IMG/VR virus record: IMGVR_UViG_3300025687_000024
Coordinates: 32,001-96,000 of that record
DNA length: 64,000 bases
Reading direction: 5' to 3' (one strand)
Source of the DNA: a virus
The notes below the pieces were generated by a model, which had not been told where the DNA came from, made no database searches, and saw nothing but the letters and a program-made list of their open reading frames with translations. Numbering within the stretch: position 1 is the first letter of the stretch; every line of letters starts with the position of its first letter. The position numbers and the translations under genes are program-made. Shown here in pieces: positions 1 to 10,083 of this stretch.

Positions 1-1
1 G

Positions 2-562
2 GAGGACGACTACACCATCTTCCGCCCGGTGTCTGCCGTGCTGGTGCGCGATGGCGGCGTGCTCTACTACGCGAACGGCACGACGCGGGTGGCGCGAGAG
101 AGCACCGAGGACTGGTACACGGGCCCGGGCTTGCTGGACCCCTTCGGGGCGTCGGCCAACGGGGTGCCGCTGCACAGCTTGGTCACCGCGGTACACTGCA
201 TCGTCCCGCGAGGCACGGACTACTACGTGGGCACCGACCTCGGTGTGTTCTTCGCCCCGGATGCGTCCTTCGACACGCAGACTGCCGCCGAGCTGCGCTA
301 CGCCGCTTCCGAGGGCAGCGTGGCGGTCACCTACCCGGTCTTGGAGGGAGTGATCAACGAAGTGGTCGCCCTGGCAGTCGACCCGGAGACCGGGCACGTG
401 CTGGTGGCCGCCACGGACGAGGCGGCCTCTTGCGTGACCGAGATCGACGTGAGCATCCACCAGGCGTTCCGCTACTTCGCGACCGACGACCTCGGGGGAA
501 CAGTCAACGCCCTGGCGGCTTTCCGCAACCCCCAAGGCCCGCCTGACGCGGAGGTGAGCTGA
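2..562 (+). CDS. Virion structural protein, C-terminal part (beta-propeller-like), 5'-truncated
   Basis: Frame is open from position 2. Propeller-like motifs YYVGTDLGVF and VVALAVDP. TGATG coupling to the next gene. Confidence 0.5.
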   Translation, partial: EDDYTIFRPVSAVLVRDGGVLYYANGTTRVARESTEDWYTGPGLLDPFGASANGVPLHSLVTAVHCIVPRGTDYYVGTDLGVFFAPDASFDTQTAAELRYAASEGSVAVTYPVLEGVINEVVALAVDPETGHVLVAATDEAASCVTEIDVSIHQAFRYFATDDLGGTVNALAAFRNPQGPPDAEVS

Positions 563-3537
563 TGGCGTACGTTCTGGGAGGATCGTTTGGCGGGGTGTTC
601 GAAGCAGCCTCGCTCTCGGTCATCGAGCAGCAGTACGATCCCGTCTACGGGACGGCCATCGACACCAGCTTCCTCTGGAACCTCTTGGGGAGCTACTACC
701 GCACGGTCATGGCCGATCACGAGGTGTTCGAGGCCGTGTGGGACGCCATGCTTCGCGTGCAAGCGGCGGACCTGCTGCACCTCTGGGAGGTGGACTACTC
801 CAAGAGCCTGCGAGACGTTCCGGTCTACTCGCAGCGGATGTGGCTGAAGTACGAGTTCATGCAGGACGTGGCGTTCACGGAGGACCCGGGCTTCCTCGAA
901 GCGGGGACGCCGGACATGTTCGCCTACGGGAGCAGTGAGCTCGCAAGCGTCTGGACGAACCGTGCGGCGTTGTCCGATGGAGCTTGGCTGGAGCTGCGGG
1001 GAGAAGTCACCGAGGCGGCCTCGCTGGCGTGGACTGCGCGCATGCGGTTCGACGCGGTGGAGCGGCACGGGACGGCGCTGTGCGGCTACGGCAGCTCGAC
1101 GGCGACGGGCATGGCAGGGATGATCCTGGCGGGCGTCGTCGGGGACTCGTCCAGCGAGGATGCCCCGTACCCGGTCCTCGTGCACCTGGATCCCGCCGGC
1201 GGGTTGACCTACCGGAAGGCCGCTGCCGTGCTGTCGACCGAGGTCGAGTACGACTTCGTGGTCGCCTACCGGGCAGCCGATGGCGCCCTGACCCTCGAAG
1301 TGCTCGAGGTAGAGGCGGTGAAGGTCTCCGGGGTGAGCGGGTACACCGGGGACGAGAACGAGATCTACTCGTCGGAGTTCGCCGATGACACGGCCGAGTT
1401 CGTGTCGGAGGGGGTCGTGCCCGGGGACTACCTGGTCTACGCCGGTACGAGCTACGAGATCCTGACGGTGACGGAGACCACCCTGACCGTCACCACCGGC
1501 CTGCTCCCCGCCAGCGCTACTGGACTGAGCTACGAAGTGCGCGGAGCGCACCAGGTGGCGGCGTTGGCCATGACGCTACCGGCAGTGGCGGCTGACCCGG
1601 GGTTCACCGTGGACAGGTTCGGTACGTGCGCGTTCGACTTGAGGCACCGCGCGGCGGGCTTCATAGGGACCGTGGCTGTGGCGAATCGCCGGCGAGTGCG
1701 CGGCGCCGTGACTGGACTGAGCTACTTCGACCCGGTCGACGCCAACACGGTTGTCTCCGTGCCGTTGCTGCAGGACAAGGTGGGCGCCCCGACGGCGATG
1801 CTCTACGAGGGCACGGACTTCACCATCCAGGACTCGGTGTTCCTCTTCCAGGAGCCGCCCACGGCCGCCTGGTGGGCGCCGTACGCTCGCTACGACGAGG
1901 CCTTCATCGAGAACAACTTCGGCGTCGCCGTCGGCTTGTCGGAGGCGTCGTCCGAGGACTACCTGGCCAAGGTGCGCGGCCTCTTCTACGCCTACTACAA
2001 GGGCCCCACCCCCGCGGCGCTTCGGACAGGAGTGCAGATCATGCTCGGGCTCCCCATTGCGGCGAGCGCGGGCGCAGTCGAGGCGGTCAACCCGAGCTAC
2101 TCGGGGCAGTACGGGCAGATCGTGATCGGCGGGAAGGGGTACCTGTACCCGCTGGCTGTGGGGACCGACCTCGTAGTCGGGGACGAGGTGGATGCCTACC
2201 AGCCGCTCTCCCTTGGCGTGGAGATCCGGGACTGGCTGAGTCACCCCGAGTGGTTCCTTCCCCTGGGGCTCTCGGAGATCGAGAAGTACCACACCTTCTG
2301 TGTGCTGGTGAACCTCGATGCGTTCAACACCGCCGACCTCACGCAGGCCGCCAGCTTCGTCGAGCGGCTCCGGCCTACGTGGAAGTCTGCCCTCTTCGTG
2401 GGCTACAAGGAGGTCGCGGACACCATCGATATCGACGACAGCATGACGGTGGCCATCGCGTACACCTTGGTGGACACGCTGTGCTCCGGTCCCCTGGTGG
2501 CCTACGACGACGCTGAGTGGGAAGGCGACGAGGCCGACTGGAGGTTCGACCAGGGGGAGGTTGACTGGGAGGCCACGAGTGCGGCCATGCGGGGGAGTGC
2601 CGTGCACCGTACCAAGGTGCTGACGCTCGGACTGTACGGCCCTGCTGGGCAGCGTGAGCGCCTCTCGGGAGTGCTCACGCTCACGGATGCCAGCGCGGTG
2701 GTTCTGGGCACGGGTACGGCCTTCCTCTCCGAGATCGGAGGCCCCGGCGCTGTGACGGACACCTACCTGCTGTTCGAGGACCCGGTGACCGGCGAGCTCG
2801 CTACCTGGTGCCGCGTGCTCGCCGTGCTCGACGATGAGACCCTCACGCTCACCGCGGCCTTCTCGGGAGACACCGGGGACTACCTGGCCGCTCTCGGGGA
2901 TCCTGACTACCGCAAGGTCTACTTCGACCAGTACCACGAGCTGCATCCGGAGGAGCGCCTCACGGTGGTGCTGGGAACTTCCCCCGGCATCGCGGAGACC
3001 ATGCTGACCGGGAGAGCCAGCTGCGGCGTCGGGGAGACCTGGCTCCACGGAGAGCTGTCGGACTGGCTGGCAGAGATCGGCAGTGGAGCCGTGGTGGACA
3101 AGTACGTCGTCTTCCCGGACGGGGAGTGGGTGCGCGTGTCCTTCGTGGACGACCCCGAGTCCGCTACGCTGGCCTCCCCCGCGCCCGCGACGCACACCGA
3201 GGTGCTCATCTTCTTGGCAGACGATGTGCTCGCCGGGACGCTGGACTTCCTCGCCGGCAGCGCCACGGTGGCGACGACGGACAACCTCGTAGGCGTCGTG
3301 GCCCCTGGTGACTGCGTGCAAGCGGTCCCCGGGAGCGGGCCGGTGGTCGAGGTGCAGAGCGTCGCGGCCGGAAGCCTCACGCTGGTGGACGACTACCCGG
3401 GCGCCGACGCTCTCGGGACCAAGGCCATCAACCGGGGCGCGTGGTCCGACGTCGTGACGGGGCTCGGGGACCTCACAGGGTGGTACGGGACGGCTGGAGG
3501 GACTGCCACCTACCAGGTGCCCGAGGAGTCCCCATGA
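562..3537 (+). CDS. Baseplate wedge / tail structural protein
   Basis: 991 aa acidic protein. EDYLAKVRGLFYAYYKGPT..ALRTGVQIMLGLP is a wedge-type motif, with FVERLRPTW further on and repeated beta modules in the C-terminal part. Confidence 0.6.
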   Translation: MAYVLGGSFGGVFEAASLSVIEQQYDPVYGTAIDTSFLWNLLGSYYRTVMADHEVFEAVWDAMLRVQAADLLHLWEVDYSKSLRDVPVYSQRMWLKYEFMQDVAFTEDPGFLEAGTPDMFAYGSSELASVWTNRAALSDGAWLELRGEVTEAASLAWTARMRFDAVERHGTALCGYGSSTATGMAGMILAGVVGDSSSEDAPYPVLVHLDPAGGLTYRKAAAVLSTEVEYDFVVAYRAADGALTLEVLEVEAVKVSGVSGYTGDENEIYSSEFADDTAEFVSEGVVPGDYLVYAGTSYEILTVTETTLTVTTGLLPASATGLSYEVRGAHQVAALAMTLPAVAADPGFTVDRFGTCAFDLRHRAAGFIGTVAVANRRRVRGAVTGLSYFDPVDANTVVSVPLLQDKVGAPTAMLYEGTDFTIQDSVFLFQEPPTAAWWAPYARYDEAFIENNFGVAVGLSEASSEDYLAKVRGLFYAYYKGPTPAALRTGVQIMLGLPIAASAGAVEAVNPSYSGQYGQIVIGGKGYLYPLAVGTDLVVGDEVDAYQPLSLGVEIRDWLSHPEWFLPLGLSEIEKYHTFCVLVNLDAFNTADLTQAASFVERLRPTWKSALFVGYKEVADTIDIDDSMTVAIAYTLVDTLCSGPLVAYDDAEWEGDEADWRFDQGEVDWEATSAAMRGSAVHRTKVLTLGLYGPAGQRERLSGVLTLTDASAVVLGTGTAFLSEIGGPGAVTDTYLLFEDPVTGELATWCRVLAVLDDETLTLTAAFSGDTGDYLAALGDPDYRKVYFDQYHELHPEERLTVVLGTSPGIAETMLTGRASCGVGETWLHGELSDWLAEIGSGAVVDKYVVFPDGEWVRVSFVDDPESATLASPAPATHTEVLIFLADDVLAGTLDFLAGSATVATTDNLVGVVAPGDCVQAVPGSGPVVEVQSVAAGSLTLVDDYPGADALGTKAINRGAWSDVVTGLGDLTGWYGTAGGTATYQVPEESP

Positions 3538-3692
3538 GCTTCCTGAAGCCCCTGGTCGACCGCCTCCGACCGCGGGACACCGTGCAGGTGTTGTTGAAGA
3601 AGGACGGGAAGCCTGTCGCCGCGGCGTACGCGGATGATAAGGTGAAGCACGCAACGACCCCGGAGAAGCCTGATGTTCGCCCTCATCGTTAA
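3534..3692 (+). CDS. Small hypothetical protein (52 aa, MSFLKPLVDR...)
   Basis: ATGA overlap with the upstream stop, GAGGAG RBS upstream, fills the gap to the next gene. Confidence 0.5.
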   Translation: MSFLKPLVDRLRPRDTVQVLLKKDGKPVAAAYADDKVKHATTPEKPDVRPHR

Positions 3693-4254
3693 GGCCAGGT
3701 TCTGGCTGCGGTCTCTGGTCAAGGCTGGCCAGGCGTTCGTGGATACGCTGAAGCCCAGCGGTCACGTTGAGGTCGTTCTGCGGTACGCAGACGGCCCGTT
3801 GGCGGGGCAGGTGGCCCGCGTGCTGCGCGGACGCAACGTGGTGACGGGGTTCGTGTCCTTCCCGGCGACGCCCCCCTACTCGGGGAGGGACATCGTCCGG
3901 CGCCTCATCGTTCCCGCGGCCCAGGCCGGGAGTCTGAGCACCAACGATGACGTCACGGTGCAGTACTGTGAGCTGGGCGACGGCACCGCCGCCGAGACCG
4001 CAGCGGACACCGACCTGCAGTCCGCCATCTCACCGAGTACCCTGAAGGCACTGGCCGAGGTGGAGTACGACACCGCCAACCCCTACGTCACCTTCATCTT
4101 CAACTACGACGAGAGCGAGGCCAACACGGAGATCTCCGAGATGTGCTTGCGCTCTGGTTCGACACCTGCCGACTTCTGGGCGCGGAAGACCATCACGCCG
4201 TTCACGAAGACCTCGGAGTTCACGATGCAGGTGCGCTGGCAGATCCGGGTGTAG
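3673..4254 (+). CDS. Baseplate / tail-fibre attachment protein
   Basis: RNVVT, YCELGDGTAAETAADTDL, EANTEISEMCL and FTKTSEFTMQVRWQI resemble tail-collar/fibre N-terminal domains. Confidence 0.6.
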   Translation: MFALIVKARFWLRSLVKAGQAFVDTLKPSGHVEVVLRYADGPLAGQVARVLRGRNVVTGFVSFPATPPYSGRDIVRRLIVPAAQAGSLSTNDDVTVQYCELGDGTAAETAADTDLQSAISPSTLKALAEVEYDTANPYVTFIFNYDESEANTEISEMCLRSGSTPADFWARKTITPFTKTSEFTMQVRWQIRV

Positions 4255-4257
4255 CGC

Positions 4258-6768
4258 ATGAGCATCTCCGACAAGCTCAGTACCCATGCCGAGATGACGG
4301 CGGACCTCGAGTTCGTCCAGTACCTCGAGCAGCTCGTCTCGGGCTCCGAGGCATCCGGCACGGGCGTCAACAGGTCGCTGGAGCGCCTGGCCTACGGGCT
4401 CGACGCGCTGCTGGATACGGTCCAGGGGACCAAGGGGCTGTTCATCACGGGCGGGGGTGTCATCGCCTGGAGCCATGCCACCAACCAGCTGACGTGGTCG
4501 GCCCACATCTACTTCTACTTCCCCCACGAGCTCGGCGGCGCCGCCTGGAATCGCCTCCCCGTGGGGTCGAGTCCTCTCACCATCGACGCTTCCGGGAAGG
4601 TGGCCTACGTCGTCTTTGACCGTACGACGGACGCCAACGTGGCATCCGTGGGCGTGGCGAACAGCATGGCGGCGTTCATGGCCACGCTCTCGGGGGACAA
4701 GGACCGCCTGGACTACCACCCTGTGGCCTACCGGGACGGCGACGACCTCATCCTGTGGGACGGCCGTAGGGTGCGCTCGGGCTACTCCCTCTCGGTCAAC
4801 GGCTTCCGGGACACCCAGTATGCGCAGCAGACCGAGGTCACGGCCATGCGCGCCCGGGAACGGGATGACCTCAAGCTGAGGCTGCACGGCGGAGGTACGG
4901 TCTCCTGGGACGAGGGTACTGGGGAGCTCGCTTGGGACGGCCAGCTGCACATCGCCTTCCCCCACAAGAGCGGGGACAACTACATCCCGGCCGGGAGCGT
5001 GACCCTGACTGCGGGTGACGTGGCCTACGTGACTCTGAACAGGGCGCCCGGGGGAGGGAGCATCGATCTCGGAGCCCCTACGGTCGTCGCAGACGGGTCT
5101 GTCCCCGACGGGGACGGGCAGGAGGATGTCTTCGTCATCGCCCTGCGCGACGCGACAGACGGCCGCGTGTACCTGGCGGACGGGACGGCCCTGTCCGACG
5201 GCGAAGCGGTGCTGCTCGGCGGCGTGCGTTCCGGGCTCCAGTGGGCCTACTTCTCTGCGGGGGATGACGCTCAGGTCACGGACCTGACCGAGGGAGGGGC
5301 CTACAGCAACCGGGCCTATCGGGTTGGCTCCAAGGAGCTGATGGTCTACAGGAACGGTGCGAAGGCTCGCGGGGCGCTGAACTGCTACTGGGCAGGCGGG
5401 GTCTACCCCTTCACGGGGGCGCTGGTGGGGACGTACACCGACGAGGACCACTACGTCGAGTACGACGACGGAGACGGCACGGGGTCCAAGATCATCTGGA
5501 TCGCTGACCTGCAGGCCGTGGCAGAGCCCATCTACCACGCCCCGGGCGCTCGCCTTCCTGCTACGCGCGCGCTCTTCACGTGGCCCAGCACGGACGACTG
5601 GCTGGAGGTCTTCGTCGGGCTGCACGGTGAAGGGCCCAGCCCGGTCGAGTCCATCGGCTTGGAGCCCGAGCCGGGTGACGGTCCCTTGGAGGGTGCCGTC
5701 AAGCTGAAGGAAGGCACCAACATCACGATGACCTACGAGTTGGCGACGAACTCGATCATCATCTCCGCGTCGGTCACCGCTGGCGTGAACAGCCTCTCCG
5801 TGGATGGCGGAGACCAGCGCACGGGCAACATCGATATCGTCAGCGGGCCGGGGATCGAGGTCGTCGACGGCGAGACCACGTTCACCATCAACAACCTCAT
5901 CACGTCCCTGGCGGACCTGACCGGGGTCGATGCAGACCTCGAGGATGCCATCCTCGATGCCGGGGACTCTCCCCTGGGTACCTTCCCGCCCAGCGCGGAC
6001 AACCCCCTGGTGACCTACGAGGGCCTGCTCGCGTCGCTGGGCGTGAGCTCGACGACGTCCCCTGTGTGGGGCTTCGACGTGATCCTGTTCACGGCGGATG
6101 CAGTCCACCTCGGGATCGGTGCGGTTCACCTCGACGGAACGGTCTACCAGGCAACCGCCGCCCTCTCGGTCGAAGTCTCCGACGTCGTGGCCGGCGAAGC
6201 TGTGTTGACCGACGACTGGAACTTCATCTACGTGGGCTACGACGAGGGCGCCGGCGCGCTGGCGGGCTTCGTCTCGCCGACGGCCCCAGGCCTCGGAGGG
6301 CTGCACCCATCGCCGCCCGGGGACTACGCTCTGCGGTGCCTCACCAGCGTCTACGTGACCTCGGGCAGTGAGTTCAAGCGGGGGGTGAAGCAGGGCGGCT
6401 GGGTCACGCTCGAAGACCCGGTCAGCACCGGGACGTCCGTGGACATCGCCGGCGGGAGTGCGCTGAACGACATCGGCGCGGCGCTCCCCGACGGCGGGAG
6501 TCACGTGCCCGCTGTTGCGCTGCGCATCTCCCTCCTGCTGTACAGCTCGGGGAGCCTTCGGCTCGGCTACGACGGCTCGGAGGGGACGGACTACACCTAC
6601 GTCTACCAGGGCGGGGATGCTGGGGAGTACGTCACCTACGACATCAAGACCACCATCGGAGCTGAGCGGAAGGTGCGGACGATCCTCAACGCTCAGGTCA
6701 GTGCCCAGCTCGGCTACTGGCTCGTCGGGTATGCCGAGAGCTTCCACGCGTTCGGGGACTGGAGGTAG
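4258..6768 (+). CDS. Tail fibre / virion structural protein
   Basis: 836 aa Gly/Thr/Asp-rich with a duplicated GGG-x-I/V-x-W...L-x-W module and GVNSLSVDGG fibre-like segments. Lies in the tail operon. Confidence 0.55.
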   Translation: MSISDKLSTHAEMTADLEFVQYLEQLVSGSEASGTGVNRSLERLAYGLDALLDTVQGTKGLFITGGGVIAWSHATNQLTWSAHIYFYFPHELGGAAWNRLPVGSSPLTIDASGKVAYVVFDRTTDANVASVGVANSMAAFMATLSGDKDRLDYHPVAYRDGDDLILWDGRRVRSGYSLSVNGFRDTQYAQQTEVTAMRARERDDLKLRLHGGGTVSWDEGTGELAWDGQLHIAFPHKSGDNYIPAGSVTLTAGDVAYVTLNRAPGGGSIDLGAPTVVADGSVPDGDGQEDVFVIALRDATDGRVYLADGTALSDGEAVLLGGVRSGLQWAYFSAGDDAQVTDLTEGGAYSNRAYRVGSKELMVYRNGAKARGALNCYWAGGVYPFTGALVGTYTDEDHYVEYDDGDGTGSKIIWIADLQAVAEPIYHAPGARLPATRALFTWPSTDDWLEVFVGLHGEGPSPVESIGLEPEPGDGPLEGAVKLKEGTNITMTYELATNSIIISASVTAGVNSLSVDGGDQRTGNIDIVSGPGIEVVDGETTFTINNLITSLADLTGVDADLEDAILDAGDSPLGTFPPSADNPLVTYEGLLASLGVSSTTSPVWGFDVILFTADAVHLGIGAVHLDGTVYQATAALSVEVSDVVAGEAVLTDDWNFIYVGYDEGAGALAGFVSPTAPGLGGLHPSPPGDYALRCLTSVYVTSGSEFKRGVKQGGWVTLEDPVSTGTSVDIAGGSALNDIGAALPDGGSHVPAVALRISLLLYSSGSLRLGYDGSEGTDYTYVYQGGDAGEYVTYDIKTTIGAERKVRTILNAQVSAQLGYWLVGYAESFHAFGDWR

Positions 6769-6770
6769 AC

Positions 6771-8294
6771 ATGACCGGTGGTGGACTGAAGCGCGAGCAG
6801 ACCGCATCGGCGGAGAGCACGCAGAACACGCGGCAGGACAGGAACCTCTTCATCACCGATGGCGGGGTGTTCACCTGGGACGCCTCGACGGGCATCGTGG
6901 AGTGGGACGCGCCCATCAAGGTGCGCGTAGGCACCTTGGGGGAGCACACCATCCCGGCGGGGAGCCAGCCGGGCCTGGCTTCGGACGGCTTCGCTGCGGT
7001 CATCCAGCTCGACCGGGAGGCCGAGGATCCCACGCTCAGCGTGGTGCTCCGGGAGATGGACAACACCACCATGCTCCAGTCGGACACGGGGCTCGTGCTC
7101 TGCGTGCGCGCGGCTGACGGGCGGCTGCACTTCCGGGACGGCACGGTGTTCAACTCAGGAGACCAGCGGCGCCTCGGAACCACGCAGCCGTCGGACGTCG
7201 AGCGCACCGACTTCGAGTCGGACGGGCGCGCCTGGCCGGCTACCTACTACGCTCTCGGGGACACGGTGATCGCTGGCAGTGACGGCGTCATCTCGGCTGA
7301 CGGCAACACCTTCAGCAGCGCCACGGGTGGCTTCCTGGCCGCTGTGGCCGAGGGCGACTACGTCGCTCTGCGCGCGTACCAGGAGCACGTCGAGGTCATC
7401 TCCGTCGACGACGACAACACCCTCACCATCGACGGCTCCGCGAACGGGCCCTCGACCGGGGAGCCCTTCCGGGTGATTCGGGCGCCTGTCGTCTACTTGA
7501 CCGGGGCCGAGCAGCTGCGCGTGGAGGTCGGTGGACTGGGCCAGGTCGCCGGGACTCACTACAACGAGGTCGGACCTCTCGGGACCCTTTCTTCGTGGAT
7601 CCGGTTCGCGAACGGGGAGGAGCCCGGTGCGGGCGAGAGCATCACGGCCTACAACCTGGCAGGCGCACAGGGGCCTGCCGGGCCCGCCCAGTACCAGGAC
7701 CTCCAAGAGGTCTACGACCATGGTAGCTCCAAGAAGGTCGATACGACGGCGGACGACGAGCCTGTCGTGCTGACGGGTTCGGGAGCGAACCCTGTGATCG
7801 AGGTCGGAACCGAGGGCGGAGTCGAGGACCTCATCAAGCTCTGCGCTGATGGCACCATCGAGTGCGCGGGGTTGCGCATCCCAGACGGTACGGGATCCTA
7901 CTGGGTCTTCGGCATCGGCGGGGCCGCTTCGCTGAGCGTGGCGAACGACGGCGACGCGGACAGCCAGGCCCGCTTCCACAAGACGGGAGGCCTCGGCTGG
8001 GGAGCAGGAGACGAGCTCCGCTGGGCCGAGTTCGCGGGGTCCATGAACGCCGGCGGCGCTACGATCATCGCAACGGGCTTGGCGGGCATCAAGGGGTGCC
8101 TGCTGCTCCTCGAGGACACGGTCACCGGGTTCCACTACGCGGTGGAGATGCAGCTCGCCGACAACGCCAACCGGCGGAGCGTCGTCTCCTGGGACCCTGC
8201 GGGCAATCTCCAGATCTCGGGGGACTGGCTGGTGACCGCTCCGGTAGGGGTCAACCTGCAGGGCGGAGACTACACCCTCATCGTCTTCTACTGA
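6771..8294 (+). CDS. Tail fibre-related protein
   Basis: Shares the GGVFTWD module with the upstream gene. Short collagen-like GAQGPAGPA and a DLQEVYD motif. Confidence 0.55.
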   Translation: MTGGGLKREQTASAESTQNTRQDRNLFITDGGVFTWDASTGIVEWDAPIKVRVGTLGEHTIPAGSQPGLASDGFAAVIQLDREAEDPTLSVVLREMDNTTMLQSDTGLVLCVRAADGRLHFRDGTVFNSGDQRRLGTTQPSDVERTDFESDGRAWPATYYALGDTVIAGSDGVISADGNTFSSATGGFLAAVAEGDYVALRAYQEHVEVISVDDDNTLTIDGSANGPSTGEPFRVIRAPVVYLTGAEQLRVEVGGLGQVAGTHYNEVGPLGTLSSWIRFANGEEPGAGESITAYNLAGAQGPAGPAQYQDLQEVYDHGSSKKVDTTADDEPVVLTGSGANPVIEVGTEGGVEDLIKLCADGTIECAGLRIPDGTGSYWVFGIGGAASLSVANDGDADSQARFHKTGGLGWGAGDELRWAEFAGSMNAGGATIIATGLAGIKGCLLLLEDTVTGFHYAVEMQLADNANRRSVVSWDPAGNLQISGDWLVTAPVGVNLQGGDYTLIVFY

Positions 8295-8301
8295 GGTCGC
8301 G

Positions 8302-8637
8302 ATGTTCTACTACGTGGTGAACGTGAAGAGTGAGCAGGTGCTGCTGCGAGGGTCGCGCCCGATCACTCCCCGGCAGGGCGAAGCAGTCATCGGAAGTGCG
8401 CTGAAGCTCAAGCCGCGAGAGGCGGCGGTGGTGGATGGCGTGATCGTCCGCAAGCCCCCCAGTGAGGTGGCGCAGGAGCGCAGGCAGCATGCCGAGGCCG
8501 CAGACGTGGTCGAGATGCAGACGATGCGGGACCTCTCCGAGTTCGAGCAGCTGTACGCCGCTCAGTCGGAGGACATGAAGCGGCTCATCTGCTTGGCCCT
8601 GATGCTCCCCCGGGACCTCGTACTGGGCCGCATGTAG
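8302..8637 (+). CDS. Hypothetical protein (possible fibre assembly chaperone)
   Basis: Last gene of the tail operon, GAGG RBS. Confidence 0.5.
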   Translation: MFYYVVNVKSEQVLLRGSRPITPRQGEAVIGSALKLKPREAAVVDGVIVRKPPSEVAQERRQHAEAADVVEMQTMRDLSEFEQLYAAQSEDMKRLICLALMLPRDLVLGRM

Positions 8638-8660
8638 GCGAAAGGCGACCCTAAGCAGGT

Positions 8661-8693
8661 GGAGGGGTCGCCCTTTCTCGGGGCGACCCCTCC
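8661..8693. terminator. Perfect 13-bp hairpin between convergent operons
   Basis: GGAGGGGTCGCCC-TTTCTCG-GGGCGACCCCTCC. No clear U-tract. Confidence 0.55.
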
Positions 8694-8721
8694 GGGGTTG
8701 CGGGAGGAGGCAGTACCCGCG

Positions 8722-10071
8722 CTACTGGTTGAGAGCCGCGGCCTGGCGGAGGATCTTCCGGATCAGGCCCTTCTCGTACATGTGGGCGTAGGGGTCCGGG
8801 ACACCGACGTGATCGGCCACGCGCTGCAGCTCCTGCAGGGAGAGCGTGCGGAGCCAGTCCGCGGTGATCTCGTCGGGGATCTCGACGTCAGCGGAGCCGC
8901 TGGCGGCCGGCTGCTGGACCTGCTGCCGCGGGGCCTCCGGCTTCGGGTCCGCGGGCTGCTGGACGAGCTGCGCCTGATGCGCCGCCACCTGCACGGGGGA
9001 GGGCTCGGTGTTCTCGGCGGGCGCGGCCTCGTCCGCCCCGGCGTCGCCGATGAGGTTCGCGACCGCGCGCATGTCGTTCTTGATGTCGTTCGGCACCTCG
9101 GCGGGCTCGGCGTGCTCATCGACGAACATCATGAGCGTGGCGATCTGCTCGAGCACGATCTCCTGCATGCCGTAGAGGCTGACGAAGCCGCGAGCGAGCG
9201 TGCTGCGTGCCGTGGTGTTGAGGTCGTGCAGGTCGCCGAACATGCTCCGGAGCTCCTCGACCTGGCCCTGCATGGCCTCGGTCAGGCGCCCCTCCAGCTC
9301 CTCGAGGGCACCCGCGAGGGCCTCTCCGTCGATGCCCACCTGGACCTGCTGGACCGGCTGCTGCTGGACCTGCGGGGAGGGGTGCTCGGTGTGCGGGATG
9401 ATGACCTCATCCTCGGGGACCTGCTGCTGCTGCTGCTGCTGGACCTGCTGCGGGACCTGGGCCGCGTCTCCGATGAGCGCCTCCAAGCCCTCGACCAGCT
9501 TGGCGCGGTTGCGCCCGGCCTTCTCGACCTGCAGGAGGCTCTGGAGCGCGGGAACGTCCCAGTCGCCCACATGGCGGATGATGCTGGGGAAGCGCTTCCC
9601 GAGCAGCTCGTCGTAGTTCGGGGCCGCGGCGGCCTGCTGCTGGGCCTGCGGAGGCGGCTGGACCTGCTGCTGCTGAACCTGCTGCTCCTGCTGCTGCGGG
9701 GCCTGGCCCTGCTGCGGGGCAGCGCCGTCGGCCTGGGGGAACACCTGGGGGAAGAGCGAGACGTCGAGCCCCAGCTCGGTCATGATGCTCTCGTCGGCCA
9801 GGTCGTTCCGGGCGGCGGCCAGCGCCTCCATGACGGCGTCGGACTTGGGCCACTGGAGCCCGTTGTCGCCTTCCACGATGCAGGCCTTGTAGGAGAAGAT
9901 GCCCTCACGCTCGGCGTCGATGAGGGAGGCGAGGTCGGCGTTCCTGAACTGGGTGACGGACTTGGCCGCGGCCAGGCCGTTGCCGATGCCGAACACCAGC
10001 TGGGCGAGAGCGAGGATGTTCGGGCGCCGCTTGGCGGCGTCGGCGGTGGGGGTGTTGATGTCGATACTCAT
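8722..10071 (-). CDS. Gln-rich low-complexity protein with C-terminal HeH/Rho-N-like motif
   Basis: Poly-Q/QP linkers. C-terminal LRTLSLQELQRVADHVGV...KGLIRKIL. Confidence 0.6.
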   Translation of the reverse strand: MSIDINTPTADAAKRRPNILALAQLVFGIGNGLAAAKSVTQFRNADLASLIDAEREGIFSYKACIVEGDNGLQWPKSDAVMEALAAARNDLADESIMTELGLDVSLFPQVFPQADGAAPQQGQAPQQQEQQVQQQQVQPPPQAQQQAAAAPNYDELLGKRFPSIIRHVGDWDVPALQSLLQVEKAGRNRAKLVEGLEALIGDAAQVPQQVQQQQQQQVPEDEVIIPHTEHPSPQVQQQPVQQVQVGIDGEALAGALEELEGRLTEAMQGQVEELRSMFGDLHDLNTTARSTLARGFVSLYGMQEIVLEQIATLMMFVDEHAEPAEVPNDIKNDMRAVANLIGDAGADEAAPAENTEPSPVQVAAHQAQLVQQPADPKPEAPRQQVQQPAASGSADVEIPDEITADWLRTLSLQELQRVADHVGVPDPYAHMYEKGLIRKILRQAAALNQ

Positions 10072-10083
10072 CTTCTGCGTCCT

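Noticed and set aside
3637-3641. Plus-strand ATAAG
   Set aside because: Lacks the upstream A-rich element and is explained by Asp-Lys codons, so it is not counted as a promoter.
1576-6807. 729-aa and 925-aa minus-strand ORFs, and similarly 39788-41857 and 51603-54248
   Set aside because: Antisense to well-supported structural genes.
9350-9720. CTG/CAG repeats as a non-coding repeat array
   Set aside because: They encode the poly-Gln linkers of 8722-10071.
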